NCBI GenBank assembly: GCA_964016885.1
Contig: OZ024742.1
Coordinates: 128,588,001 to 128,652,000 of the forward strand
Length of the DNA stretch: 64,000 nucleotides
Source of the DNA: Eledone cirrhosa
Taxonomy: Eukaryota
Direction: 5' to 3'
Positions 25,495-43,190 of this stretch are shown here, one piece after another (positions within the stretch are counted from its first letter, which is position 1; the number at the start of each line of letters is the position of its first letter). The notes below the pieces were generated by a model. That model made no database searches. It saw only the letters and a list, made by a program, of their open reading frames with translations, and was not told where the DNA came from. The translations under genes and the position numbers were made by a program.

Positions 25495-28020
25495 TGGATG
25501 GTGCTGACTCTTGGGTGTTTCTGTTTCGTGAGATCTTTCACAATTTGAAAGGCCATTTTGCTTGTGTTCATGTTCAGGCACTCTTCCATCTCAGTGGACT
25601 GCTTCTCTACCCATTCTGATCCCTTTTCTGATCTCTATGTATGCTGATACTCCGGTTGTTTTAAGCTTGGATGCTTTTAGTTCTCTTCTTGTATCACACA
25701 ATTTAAGAACTTCTGTGACCCAAGGTTGAGATTTCCTGTGGCTTTTCCCCAAGACATCATTTGCTTACCGCATTGAACTTAGCTGTCATTGTTTCAACAA
25801 CCTCTTCAAGCGCAAACAAATTTTCCACCAACAGTTATTGGGAGGATTCAGCAATGGTGGGGTCCTTCAGCCTGTCCAAGTTGAACTTCAGTCTGGTGTT
25901 CTTACGTTTCTTGATCTTCTTTAGTCTAACTCTGAAGTTCAGCAGCACCAAATTATGGTCACTCCCTATATCTGCACCTGGAAAAGTTCTTGTTTTGGCC
26001 TGCTGATTCCAGACCAAAACCGGTTCTTCACCATAATGTAGTCTATCTGGTGGTGTGTACCGTAGGGGGAGTGTCAAGTCCAGCGCCATGATGCTTTATG
26101 CTTATCAAGGGTGTTAGCAAGCACCATGTCATTACAACTGGCAAATTCAAGCAGGCGAAGTTCTCACCAGTCTTTCACCACATCCTCACCCACTTTGACA
26201 TTCCAATCTCCCTGTACAAGAAGGATATCTTTCCTATCAACCTTGTCAATGGCGTTCTGAAGTTCTATGTATAATTCCTCCACCTGTTCGTCTTCATAGT
26301 CAGATGTTGGTGCATAGGCCTGTACTACTGTGATGTTAAATGGTGCCGCTCAAAGGTGGATGCTGATGAGTCTGCGGGATACTGAGCAGCATTTGAGTAT
26401 AGCAGTTTTTTTGCTCTTATTAACAAGAAAACCCATGCCTTGTACATGTTTGTCAGGTTCTCCATTGAAGTAGAGTGTATGACCTTCATTAGTAAGGTGT
26501 TCAACAGAATGTTTCCATCTGACTTCACAGAGTCCCACATTGTGCCAGTTGTATCTCCTCATTTCATGGGTGAGTTCCTGCAGTTTGCCATGTTGGGAAA
26601 GTGTTCTCACGTTCCAAGTGGCAATTATGAAGTTCTCCCTCATGCGGATCCTTTTCAATACATTTCCAGTTGTATATTTAGCACCTCCGCCCTGGTGTAC
26701 GACAGATTGCACGGTCCTTGTTAGCCCGGGCGACGACCGAGCCAGTATTGTCATTGGTGATTCCTAAGACAAGCAGGGAAAGTGCCTCATGGAGGAAAAA
26801 GACATTGCCAGGAGATGAACAGAATACTGCTCAAAGCTGTACAGCCATCAGACCCATGGAGACCCCAGCGTACTTATCAGTCAAGAAGTGTCAAACAGGG
26901 ATGACTTCCCTGTCCTGTGTGAAGAAGTGGAGACAGCAATTAAATCACTGAAAACTTGAGAAACAGCTGGTGCAGACAACATTCCAGCAGAACTGATAAC
27001 GCATGGAGGAGAGGCTGTGACTGAAGTTCTTACCAAAATCTGTAACAAGATCTGGCAGACTGGAGAGTGGCCATCACCGTGGACTCAGTCACTCATTATC
27101 ACACTCCTCAAGAAAGACAGTCTACAACACTGCCAAAATTATAGAACCATCAGCCTTGTCAGCCACACAAGCAAAGTGATGTTCAAAGTTATTCTGAAGA
27201 AGCTTAAATCACAAGCTGAGGAAATCATTGAAGCAGAGCACCACAGAGCAAATTTACAATCTGAGAGTTCTATGTGAGAAGTATAGCCAACACCAACGGG
27301 ATCTGTCCCAAGGGTTTGTTGACTTCAAGAAAGCTTTTGACAGGGTATGGCATGATATATTGTGGGCGACCATGAAGAAATATAACATGGGCCAAAAGAT
27401 CATCCACATGATACAACAGCTGTGTGTGAAAACCTCAAGTGTGGTACTGGTCCAAGGCATGATGGAGGATTGGTTCCACACATCAGTAGAAGTCCTGCAG
27501 GGCTGTCTCCTCTCCCTGACACTGTTCAACATCTTCCTTGAACGAATCATGACGGTCGCCCTAGGGGGCAATCCTGTCTCAGTGTAGGAGGACGAACTGT
27601 CACAAACCTCAGGTTCACTGATGACATTGATGGCTTAGCTGGTAGTGAAGAAGAACTCGCTGAGCTGGTGAACAACCTGGATATAACCTCTACTAGGTAC
27701 GGCATGGAGATCAGCGCTGAGAAAACCAAGCTGATATCAAACTCCTCAAAGCCAATAGAAAGAAAGATCACAGTCAATGATCAAGAGCTGAAGACTGTGA
27801 CACAGTTCAAAGTACGTTGGTGCCATCAACAGTGATGAGGGATCAAAGCCATAGGTCCTTGCAAGGAGTGCACTAACAGCCACAGCACTTGCTAAACTGA
27901 AACAACTCTGGAGAGATAAAAACATCACTCTCAAGTACAAAATAAAATTACTGTGTGTGTTGGTCATGTTCATTTTCCTATATGCATGGGAGTCATGGAC
28001 CCTAACTGTGGAACTGCATG
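25495..28020. mobile_element. Degraded RTE-BovB-like LINE with inverted 5' part (APE on -, RT on +)
   Basis: Minus strand 26765-25495: IATWNVRTL, GLCEVRW, GSDHNLV. Plus strand 26767-28020: NYRTISL, FVDFKKAFDRV, QGCLLS, LRFTDDI. Confidence 0.88.
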
Positions 28021-28243
28021 TAGTATATATATACATACTACTGTACGTCTGTATACGTATGTACGTATACATACTTATATTTAAGTAACAACCGTACTAA
28101 GAGTGAGAAATGAAATTTCGTTTCATTTTTTCCATTTATCGTTTTCGGTGCGCCCAGCCGACTAACTCACTTGATATGCAAATTAGGCTGCTCAGCCATT
28201 AATATGCATAAGGAAAGTATATACTTTCAAATGTTCAATCATC

Positions 28244-28310
28244 TGACAGGAAGGTATACGATGCTGACGATAGCTAATAAGCTTGAAACTAGTTCATCGT
28301 TCCTTTGTCA
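28244..28310 (+). ncRNA. Type I hammerhead ribozyme with extended stem I
   Basis: acgatg-CTGACGA-tagct(aata)agctt-GAAA-ctag-TT-catcgt; outer tgacaggaa can pair with ttcctttgtca. Confidence 0.8.
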
Positions 28311-28559
28311 GTGTTGAACAAAAGGGCAACGATGGTTGCTAAACACTGTACAGCTTAATTTGGGCTGTTTGTTTACAAACAAACCGAGCATTATAATAAA
28401 TGTTCAGTAAACCCATACGTACATATATATATGTGTGCATATATGTATATATATACATACTACTGTACGTCTGTATACATATATATATGTACATATACAT
28501 ACTTATATATATACATACTACTGTACGTCTGTATACATATATATATGTACATATACATA

Positions 28560-28621
<62 letters not shown>

Positions 28622-29125
28622 TACAAATATTAATAAAATAGATGTTCTTTTGATCAATTATATTTTATTATACATATTTCGTATGTACAACTTATTTATA
28701 ACTGTGAATCATTCATGTGTTTTTGATTATTATTTTTTTCGAACTATGAATAATTAATGCATTTACACCATGATATATATAGGTACATATTTAACTTTAG
28801 CATGCCTCAATCTATTATATTTTTTTTGTTATCATTTACCTAAAATATACTGCCTCATTAATAAATATCTATATACATAATCGTTATTTAAATATTTCTA
28901 ACAATAAGTACTCCATAAGATTTACATACCATATATGTTGACAATGATTATTTTCGGTAAAGTTTACATTTAGGAAAATATTCAACAGTGTAAACTTTCT
29001 TTGCTTTTCTTATATATATATATATATATGTATTTAACTATAACACGTTCGAACTTTATTATATAAAATTATAACCGTTATCATTTACCTAAAGTATACT
29101 GTATCAATAATACCTAATTTATATC

Positions 29126-29351
29126 AATAGGAACGATCGACCTTCGTCAAATCGGACCGAGGGAACAATGTTTCCGTTGGTCTTTCCAATTGCTAATACT
29201 ATCTATCGGTCGCAACTCCAGGTAGAAGGAGCAACGTGAAATAAAGTGTCTTGCTCAAGGACATAACGCATCGCCTGGTCCAGGAATCGAACTCACAACC
29301 TTACGATTGCGAATCCAATTTCCTAACCACTCAGCCACACACCTTCACTTA
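29126..29351 (-). mobile_element. Second tRNA-derived SINE family (CORE-like domain) with 24-bp TSD
   Basis: Minus strand: A box TGGCTGAGTGG, B box GAGTTCGATTCC, then tgtccttgagcaagacact; TSD tatcaataatacctaatttatatc at 29102-29125 and 29352-29375. Confidence 0.85.
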
Positions 29352-29662
29352 TATCAATAATACCTAATTTATATCCATATAAACCTCCATATATCTTTCT
29401 ATACTTAATTTTTAGTTAACTTCTAAATTTATTGAGTATCATTTATTTCGAACTATGAATAATCAATGCATTTACACCCTGTTATATATAGGTATATATT
29501 TAACTTTAGCATGCCTCAATCTATTATTTTATTTTTATTTTCGTTATCATTTACCTAAAATATACTGGCTCATTAATATATATATATATACGGTTACACG
29601 TAAGGAAGAAACATTGTTAGCCAATAAAAATCTTTTGATGTTGTAGACGCTCTTGTGTTCTT

Positions 29663-29699
<37 letters not shown>

Positions 29700-30305
29700 A
29701 TAGTTATTTAAATATTTCTAACAATAAGTACTTCATAAGATTTACATACCATATATGTTGACAATGATTATCTTCGATAAAGTTTACATTTAGGAAAATA
29801 TTCGACAGTGTAAACTTTCCTTTCCGCTGACCAGCTAAATCCTTTAAAAGTTATCATCATAAAATTCTGAAGTTTAGAAATGTTAACACACTTATAGAAT
29901 TTACAAAACTAATAAATATAAATAACCACCAATTTTTAAAAAAAACCTAAAATCTTGATTCTTCACCCTAAAATAGCATAAATTAAATATTTTCAAACTT
30001 AACCGTTTAACTTTCGGAAATCTCCTACATATATTACCACTTATCTTCCCTCTCTCTATATATATCCTATCCCAGCAGCTCTCATTGACTGTTTTCCCAG
30101 ATAAATTGTAGTATCATACATTTTTAAATCTCTATAACTGTTACATTAAGCAACGTTTTTCCTACTCACACATTCTCTATTGAATTTATTACGTTTTCGC
30201 ATTTTCTCATTATTAGGGTATAAATGTTAAACTTTCTCTTAGGTTAATCACTACCTTGATTAAATCTTAACCATTTAACATCTCAGGGTATGTCATGTAT
30301 CATTA

Positions 30306-30360
30306 TATTTTGTTTGATGAGGACGTACTGTTGTACATCCGAAATATGTATAATAAAATG
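30306..30360 (+). ncRNA. Hammerhead motif (C3 to U) in a pseudo-LTR; partial inverted copy at ~28614-28690
   Basis: attttgt-TTGATGA-ggacgtac(tgtt)gtacatcc-GAAA-tatgta-TA-ataaaat. Confidence 0.65.
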
Positions 30361-30496
30361 TAATTGATCAAACGAACATCTATTTTATTAATATTTGTAT
30401 TTTAATATTAATAACTCTGGAAAATTATTTTCCATAGAGTGCTTCCAATCTACTGTAAAACTCATTCTTTGATATACTCATTGAATTTTGTTTAAC

Positions 30497-30573
<77 letters not shown>

Positions 30574-30738
30574 CAGTGTTTGTGTGTGTGTGTGTGTATG
30601 AACATATGTTAAGGTAAAACTACCTGAGGGAAGGGCTTTTCAAACATTGTATACATACAAATAAAATGTTGCAGTCTGATATTATTCTTGCAATTTGAAA
30701 TCGGAAACTCCCTTCAGAAGTGTTAAGGTTTTGAGAAG

Positions 30739-30795
<57 letters not shown>

Positions 30796-30834
30796 CTATA
30801 GTCCAAGTCTTTTGGAACATTTTATAACAACACA

Positions 30835-33827
30835 GACTAGTCCTGAATAAAACAATAGCTACAATTATATCAGCTTATGCACCCCAATCTGGGTTGCCAG
30901 ACGAACTTAAGGATAGGTTTTACAAGTCCCTAATGAACACTACTGCCATAACAAATGACAATGACTTCCTAATCATTGCAGGAGACTTTAACAAACACAT
31001 TGGGAAACACAGTGATGACTTCTATAGAGTCCATGGAGGCTACGGGTTTGGCACAAGAAATGAAGAAGGCTTTAGGCTTCTAGAATTCTGTGATGCCAAT
31101 GAGATATCAATATGTAAGACAAACTTAAGAAAAACGAACAACCACCTGATCCACTATAGATCAGGGGAGCATTCTAGTCAGATTTTATTCTTATCAGAGG
31201 ACGAGATAGATGGACGGTTGTAAACACAAAAGCCTTCCCAACATAACTTAATTGTCAGCGATCTTATTGTAAGAACTAGAGGAATTTGGAAACAGAAGGC
31301 AACCTGGAGAAGAAAGATCTAGAAGCTGGAAGACCCCTCAGCCAGCAACAAATATAAAGATATCTTACTTGACGCCTATGACAGTAAAGAAGAACAGATA
31401 AAGACATTCAATATAGAAGAGCACAGGGAGTTCTTAAAAAATAACTTACGAAAGGTGACTGACGAGATTTGTGGTTGGAGCAAGACTACAGGGTGAAGGA
31501 GACTGACTTGGTGGTGGAACAATAAGATAGATGAGGCAGTTAAGGCCAAGAGACAGGCATGGAAAGAATGGAAGAACAGGGAAAGCAGAGTACATTACAT
31601 AGAGACCAGGAGGGAAGCTAGGTGACAAGTATACTTAGCTAGAAGGGAAGCAGAGGATAAAAAATTCAAGCATGTTTTGCACACGTGAGGACCAGAAACA
31701 GGAGGTGTTCAGGATTGTGAGGTAGTATGTGAGAGAAAATTGTGAGGTCATTGGTGAGAAGTGTATCTGGGATGATAAAGGTGAGCTGCCCTCACAAGTG
31801 CTGAGAAGAGAGCTGCTTGGAAGAGCCATTATGAAAGATTACTGAATGAGGAGAATACATGGGAGGAGAAGACCCTACTCCAAGTGGGAAAACAACTGGT
31901 CCATCGGGTATAGCTGTCTGGGTCGGTAGGTCACACCATAACTACACGTATTGTAAACCAAGTAATACTAGATGGCGTCATACCAAATGATGGGTGCAGC
32001 AGCATCATTGACAACTGCTACAAGAGAGAGGAAACTATAGAGCTATAAAGCTGATGGACCAGGTCATCAAAGCAACAGAAAGAGTTATAGCACAGCTGAT
32101 TAGGGACCGGGTAAATCTAGATGGGATGCAGTTTAGGTTTGTGCCAGGCAAAAGCACCACTGATGCTCTCTTCCTTGTGAGGCAGTTACAGGAAAAGTAC
32201 CTAGCTAAAAGTAAGCCGCTCTACCTGGCATTTGTCAATCTGGAAAAAGCCTTTGACAGAGTGCCCCATGCTAAAATTTGGTGAGCTCTTAGAAAAGTAG
32301 GAGTAGAGTACATGCTTGTGAAGTCTGTACAAGCCATGTATAGAGGAGCAGTCAGCAAAGTTAGGGTTAACAATGACTATAGTGGGGAATTTAGTATACA
32401 GGTTTGTGTCCACCAGAGCTCTGTTCTTAGCCCTCTCCTGTTTATTATCTTATTGAAAGCTATAATAGAGCAGTTTAAGACCTGATACCCATGGGAACTT
32501 CTGTACACAGATGATCTTACACTTATAGCTGAATCTATGGTGGAACTAGAGAAGATTCCAAACTTGGAAGCTGTGCCTAGAAAGAAGGGGTCTCAAAGTC
32601 AACCTGACAAAGACTAAGGTCCTCATAAGTAGAAGACAAAACAGAACACATATCCCCCCAGGGAAATGTCCTTGCTCAGTATGTAGGAAAGGTGTAGGTA
32701 GAAATTCCATCCTCTGCCCCAAATGCAAACTATGGGTACACAAGAGATGTAGTGGGATCTCAAGAAATTTAGTTAATAATGTAGGCTTTACATGTAGCAG
32801 CTCACCGGGATAGTAAGCAGCAGACGGCCAAACAAGCACTACCAAATTCTGGGAGGGATTGTAGAAACAGTAGACAGATTCTACTACCTAGGTGACCAAA
32901 GTAGAAACGGAGATGGGTGTTCTGAAAGTACAGTAACCAGGGTAAGAACAGGATGGAAGAAGTTCAGGGAGCTACTACCACTGCTAGTTGCAAAAGGTTT
33001 TTCCCGCAAAATGAAAGGCAGACTGCATGATGCGTGCATACGAATAGCAATGTTGCATGGTAGTGAGACCTGGGTGTTGTGTGCAGAAAACTTGTATAGA
33101 TTAGAAAGAAATGGAGCTTGCATGCTCCGATGGATGTGTAATAGTAATATACGCGAACGGCAAAGCATAAATGAATTGAGAGAGAGACTGAGCATAGAAG
33201 GAATCAAATGCTGTGTGCAGGAGGGGAGATGACACTGGTATGGACATGTGATGCATATAAAGGATGACAGTTGCATAAAAAAAAGTGTAGAGCACTTAAA
33301 GTCGATGGAAACCTTGGAGTGGGGAGACCCAAGAAGACCTGGGATGAGGTGATAAAAGCTGATCTTGCCCAATTGCACCTCTCAAAAGCGATGACACAGA
33401 ACCGAGATCTCTGGCGTTACACAATAATACAGAAGACCCGACTTTCCACGGGTACAAGCCGAAGCTGAAGCATATAGACAGTATGACCCCACCCCCTTCC
33501 CATGAGTACAAGCCGAAGCTGAAACATATAAACAGTATGCCCCTACTCCCTCCCACTGTAAAGTGGTCGTGTAGGTGTCACAACAAAAAATCACACAGTC
33601 GACACTGTAAAGTGGTCGTGTAGGCACCACAGTAAAAAGCACCCAGTACTCACTGTAAATCAGGTTGGCACTAGAAATGGCATCCAACTGTAGAAACCAA
33701 GGCAAAATCAGTTCTGTATGAGCAAGACACGGTCACCTGACCTGGTATTGCCCACAACATGGCAACTCGTCTAACCCATGCTAGCATGAAAGAATGGACA
33801 TAAAACAGTGATAATGATGATGATGAT
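30835..33827 (+). mobile_element. Degraded near-full-length RTE LINE (APE-RT-PHD-thumb)
   Basis: [45 protein letters not shown] remnant, GRPKKTW, (ATG)n tail; many stops and frameshifts. Confidence 0.9.
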
Positions 33828-33939
33828 AACAGTGACTGAGGTCTTTGTTTATAAACTAAATTTGTGAACATTTTATGACAATACAATGGCCGTGGTCCTT
33901 GTTTATAAACCATCTTTGTGGAAGCAGCAGACATGTTTC

Positions 33940-34790
33940 GATATTATTAGATCTTCTCAGTGAAGTATATTTAATTTTATATATTGAGACAGTAAGATTG
34001 AAGCTGAGCATGGCAAAGACAACTGCAATGACATTCCACCTGAATACCAAGGAGGTCACTCATCAGGTCAGTGGCTGTGACAGCTCATCCCTCTAATATA
34101 ACTGTTTCTACTTTTGGCACAAGGCCAGCAATAATCCAAGTACATTACTGGTACTTTATTTTATCGTAAGGAGGAAAGGCAAAGTTAACCTCGGTGGGAT
34201 TTGAACTCAGATCATAAAGGGCCGTAACTCTATGCTACAAAGCATGGTGTCCGACTCTCTGCCAATACTGCCAATCCACCACTCTAATATAATCTATCCC
34301 TCTCATATAACATCACACCAATATATCTGAAAGTGAAATTCTACTGACAGCTGACCTACAGGCAACACCTTGGGTTCTTACATGCACAGATGTTTGCAAG
34401 GAACAACCTTCTACGCCATTTGGCAAGCTCATCATGGGGTGTTAGTACATCTCACCCAAGGTACCAGTGCCCTAGCCTTAATCTAAGGGCTGCTGCGAAA
34501 TACAACTTCCCTGCATGGAGCAGGAGCTACCATACGCAGAAGCTAAATACATCCCTAAACAATACTTAAGGTTCATCAACAGATGTATTCATCGTACACA
34601 AACTGAGTATCTACCTGTGCTTTCAGGTATTGCTGCTGCATCATTTCATAGAAAGCATTACACGCACAAGTTGGTAACCAAGGCCTCAATAGGCCCAAGT
34701 CATCCACTCAATTACATAGCTGAAGATTCTCAGTTATTAAACCCACATGGCTTAATGTCATATCACCCTTCCAGGCCTGTCAACCTCTAA
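33940..34790 (+). mobile_element. RTE-X-like LINE remnant interrupted by a SINE
   Basis: LKLSMAKTTAMTFHLNTKE, QLTYRQHL, ARNNLLRHLASSSWG, YLPVLSGIA. Confidence 0.6.
34102..34281 (-). mobile_element. tRNA-derived SINE with ~11-bp TSD (another copy at 35017-35193, +)
   Basis: Family sequence; ctctaatataa at 34091-34101 and 34282-34292. Confidence 0.85.
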
Positions 34791-35706
34791 AAACCCAAAC
34801 GGGGAATACCATGAAAAAAAGCGCCCCAAAACGGGGAGAAATGAGGCAAAGTGGGAAAATTTTACATAATGAAAGCTACACCCACTTTTCACAAGAGAAG
34901 GCATCCCCATAGATCAGAGGTTCTCACATTTTTGGGGCCACCTCCCCACTCACGACCCCATAATACCCTCAGCGCCCCCACCCCTATTTCCGGAGAAATA
35001 CGCACATTATAAATGATAGTATCGGTAGAGGGTCGGACGCCATGCTTTGTAGCAAAGAATTACAGCTCTTTATGGTCTGAGTTCAAATCCCGCCGAGGTT
35101 AACTTTGCCTTTCATCCTTACGGGGTCGATAAAATATAGTACCAGTAATACACTGACATAATTGCTGGCCTTGTGCCAAAAGTAGAAACAATTAATTGAT
35201 TAATTTATATATAATATTACATATATTTTTATTTTACTATATTTATATATATACGTATCATTTGATATTTAATTTACTATTATATCATATGCATACAAAA
35301 CTATAATAATATAAATGATAAATTCATGGCGTCCCGCAATCCGAATTTTTTTTTATACCCCGCGAATTTCGTTATAACGGAATTTCACTGTATATATAAA
35401 CAGTAACAGATGTTGAGAATGGTAGTGTTCAATTACTTTGAGGAAGAAGCAAATTTGAATTGATGGAATGAGTACAGCACGGAAAAGAAAGGTCACGTGT
35501 CAATCGGTCCCATGATTCATTTGTGACATTTTTACCACCATGATTTATTTAAAACGACATTTTCATACCCACCATTCTTTTGAAACGCAACCTTTATCCA
35601 TCATTGTGAAGAAACGCAAAAGAAAAAAAAAGGAATACTTAAAGCCAAAATAAACGGTAATTAATTATTGTATCGATTAACTATAGAATGTATATAAATT
35701 TTAACA

Positions 35707-35788
<82 letters not shown>

Positions 35789-36421
35789 GGATTTAAATGG
35801 ATACAGTTTAGTCAAAAGGAATTTATTGACACGTGTTTCAATAACAGTTACATAACCTGAAAACAGCTGCTATCTACAAAGTATTAGTTATGCAGACATT
35901 CAATATTTCAATGTTATTATCAACTGTCATTTCATCAGAATAATTTTACTGAGGACCTGTTTGGTTTTTATAGAGAATATTAGGAGGGAGGGGTGAAGTT
36001 GTTAGAAGAATAGTTGAGGGAGTGGTTTTTTGATAGCAGTGAGAATTTTTGGTGGCAGTGAGTAATCAAATTCCCATCTGTTGTTTTGACATTTTTATAG
36101 AATATATTATTGGTTATTTTTCTAAATCTATAGAAGGATTAGAGATAGTATAGATATGCATGGTTGGTTTTGTTTCTGGAACCGTCGAGCAAACTCTACG
36201 TGAGCTGTCCATCTACTGTGTGTAATATTTATATTACAACACTACGGAAAATACTGTATATATATATATATATATATATATATTTAAAATGCTGGAGAGA
36301 ACAACAAAGATTTATGAATACATATATATTTATTGGCTGACAAGTTGTCTCTACTGGCTAGTAATCTGCATAACTAATTATTTTTCTTTCCTCCTGATTA
36401 GCTTACTTGCTATTTACTCTG

Positions 36422-36468
<47 letters not shown>

Positions 36469-36659
36469 AAGATGACCGCTTGAATACGCAAGTGTAACTT
36501 TTTACCTCCACAATTTTTTTATAATTTTTCCCTGTTCCTTCCTCTTATCGCCCTTTACTTTCTAATTTCTTTTATTTCTAACTCTCTAACTTGTGATGAA
36601 GGACTAGTGTCCGAAATATTAAGACGCTCTTCCTGCTATTTCAAGTGTTATGGGCGGAG

Positions 36660-36812
36660 GTGGTGAGAACAGACCTCAGATCATTGAAGCTCACGGTGGA
36701 GATGACGAGGGACCGTGACGAGTGGAGAGATGCTGTGCTGAATAAGACCCGTCCCACCCTTGCAAGCAGGGAAAAGCGGACGTAAAATGATGATGATGAT
36801 GATGATGATGAT
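36660..36812 (+). mobile_element. 3' end of a related RTE subfamily with short 3' UTR
   Basis: VVRTDLRSLKLTVEMTRDRDEWRDAVLNKTRP followed by (ATG)n. Confidence 0.7.
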
Positions 36813-36973
36813 GTGTGTGTGTATTACGTATTTCTATAGAAAAGGTAAAGGGACGAAGAGAGCTCTATAGTACAGAGGTATTTAATTACATAATAAACAA
36901 CACAATATAATTATTCCATTACCAAAGGTTATATATATATATATATACACACACATAGGTATAAGTATGTATA

Positions 36974-37144
36974 CAGGTAAAATTCCATTATAAAGAATAC
37001 CATTATGACGAACTTTTCAGTATAACGAAATTACTTTTCAATCCCCGAGGGCGCTCAATTTGTTTTGGACGACTTCATTATAATTTTTCGTTTACAACAA
37101 ACTTTTTTAGACCTCGTGAATTTCGTTATAAGTGAATTTCACTG
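36974..37144. mobile_element. Tc1/mariner/Tigger-like MITE
   Basis: Imperfect TIRs CAGGTAAAATTCCATTATAA / TTATAAGTGAATTTCACTG; related ends at ~13215-13260 and ~35365-35390. Confidence 0.55.
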
Positions 37145-37485
37145 TGTATGTGTGTGTGTATGTATATATATATATATATAAAAGAATAGGTGTAACACAC
37201 GAGTTGTGATATATTAGCAAGGAAGAATTTCCAAAACTGATCAGATTAGAGCAAACATCACGGGCGCTCTATCTCAAAATTATTTTTGAAAAGCATTAGA
37301 GATGCGCAACCGGTAAAAACTTAAAACTGAATACTAACCAGTACTTACTACTAATTTATACTTATTCCTAATTAAACTATTTTTCACTGGGAAAAATTTG
37401 TCAGCATTTTCTTTTCCTTTTACAAATATATATATATATATATACACACATATATATATATATATATATATACTTATACATATAT

Positions 37486-37516
<31 letters not shown>

Positions 37517-37529
37517 CTTATACATATAT

Positions 37530-37560
<31 letters not shown>

Positions 37561-37573
37561 CTTATACATATAT

Positions 37574-37618
<45 letters not shown>

Positions 37619-37631
37619 CTTATACATATAT

Positions 37632-42013
<4,382 letters not shown>

Positions 42014-42046
42014 TATATATATATATACATATACATATATACACAC

Positions 42047-42131
<85 letters not shown>

Positions 42132-42140
42132 CACACATAT

Positions 42141-42235
<95 letters not shown>

Positions 42236-42556
42236 AAAAAGGGGTAAGGTTCTTTACAAAAAAGGTTATAGAAAAAAGTAAGAATGCGCGGAAATATATT
42301 TAAAGAATCTGTTTTCCTTCTTTGATCGGTCAAAATGACATTGAAAAAAGAACATTTTTAAAGGTGTTTTATAAAGTATATAAAATGTTACCGGTTTCGA
42401 TGTAATCTATCTAATTAAATATTGCAATTAAAATTATAAAAATATTTTAAATTAAGTGTTGAAGGTCTGTTCATATTTCGTGCTGGGAGGAAATATGAAC
42501 ATATATATATATATATATAATATATAAGAACAAAAGATGGTTAAATGAGTTCCATG

Positions 42557-42627
42557 TATTTTATTATGCGCATTTCAAAAACAAATATCATCATGCAATA
42601 ACATTTGTGTTTTCATCAGATAAAATA
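42557..42627 (-). ncRNA. Type I hammerhead ribozyme, solo pseudo-LTR
   Basis: tattttat-CTGATGA-aaacacaaatgtta...tgatatttgttttt-GAAA-tgcgca-TA-ataaaata; perfect 8-bp stem I, palindromic stem III. Confidence 0.8.
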
Positions 42628-43015
42628 GGAAGACATGATATGAAGGTTAAAAACACTTGTGGATAGTGCAGTTTTAAATCAACATAATATAAAATTAAAT
42701 CAATAATATTAAATCAATAATATTAAATCTATATAAATATATATATTATGTAATTCCGAAGAAAAAAAGAGTGCTATGTATAGCTCTGTTTTATACATAA
42801 AGCACTCTTTTTTCCTTTGCTTTTCCTTTGGAATTACATAACACATAAACAGCTCCTAACTTGAATGATCGACGCAAATTCTGCATCTTCCAGTCTGACA
42901 AGTTCAGCACTCTACAATTATAAGGAAATTTACCAACACTAACTATGGATTTATATGAAATGGATTACTCTGTTTAAAACATCCCGACACCCTCTAACCT
43001 TCTTATACCAAAATG

Positions 43016-43070
<55 letters not shown>

Positions 43071-43152
43071 GAAAAATTGAACAGGGACAGAACAGAGAGG
43101 CAGTACAATAAATGTTTATTAAATTCACGCTCAGGAGAGTGGGGGTAGGTGG

Positions 43153-43190
43153 GGGACGACGTTTCGGGCATAAGCCCTTCTTCAGGTGAG
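43153..43190 (-). ncRNA. Hammerhead-like motif downstream of a C/A-rich low-complexity tract (~43380-44390 on minus)
   Basis: CTGAAGA-a-gggc(ttat)gccc-GAAA-cgtcg-TC; no local stem I found. Confidence 0.5.

Noticed and set aside
29270-29345. tRNA-like sequence with A and B boxes
   Set aside because: It continues into a SINE body and is bounded by a 24-bp TSD; it is a SINE head.
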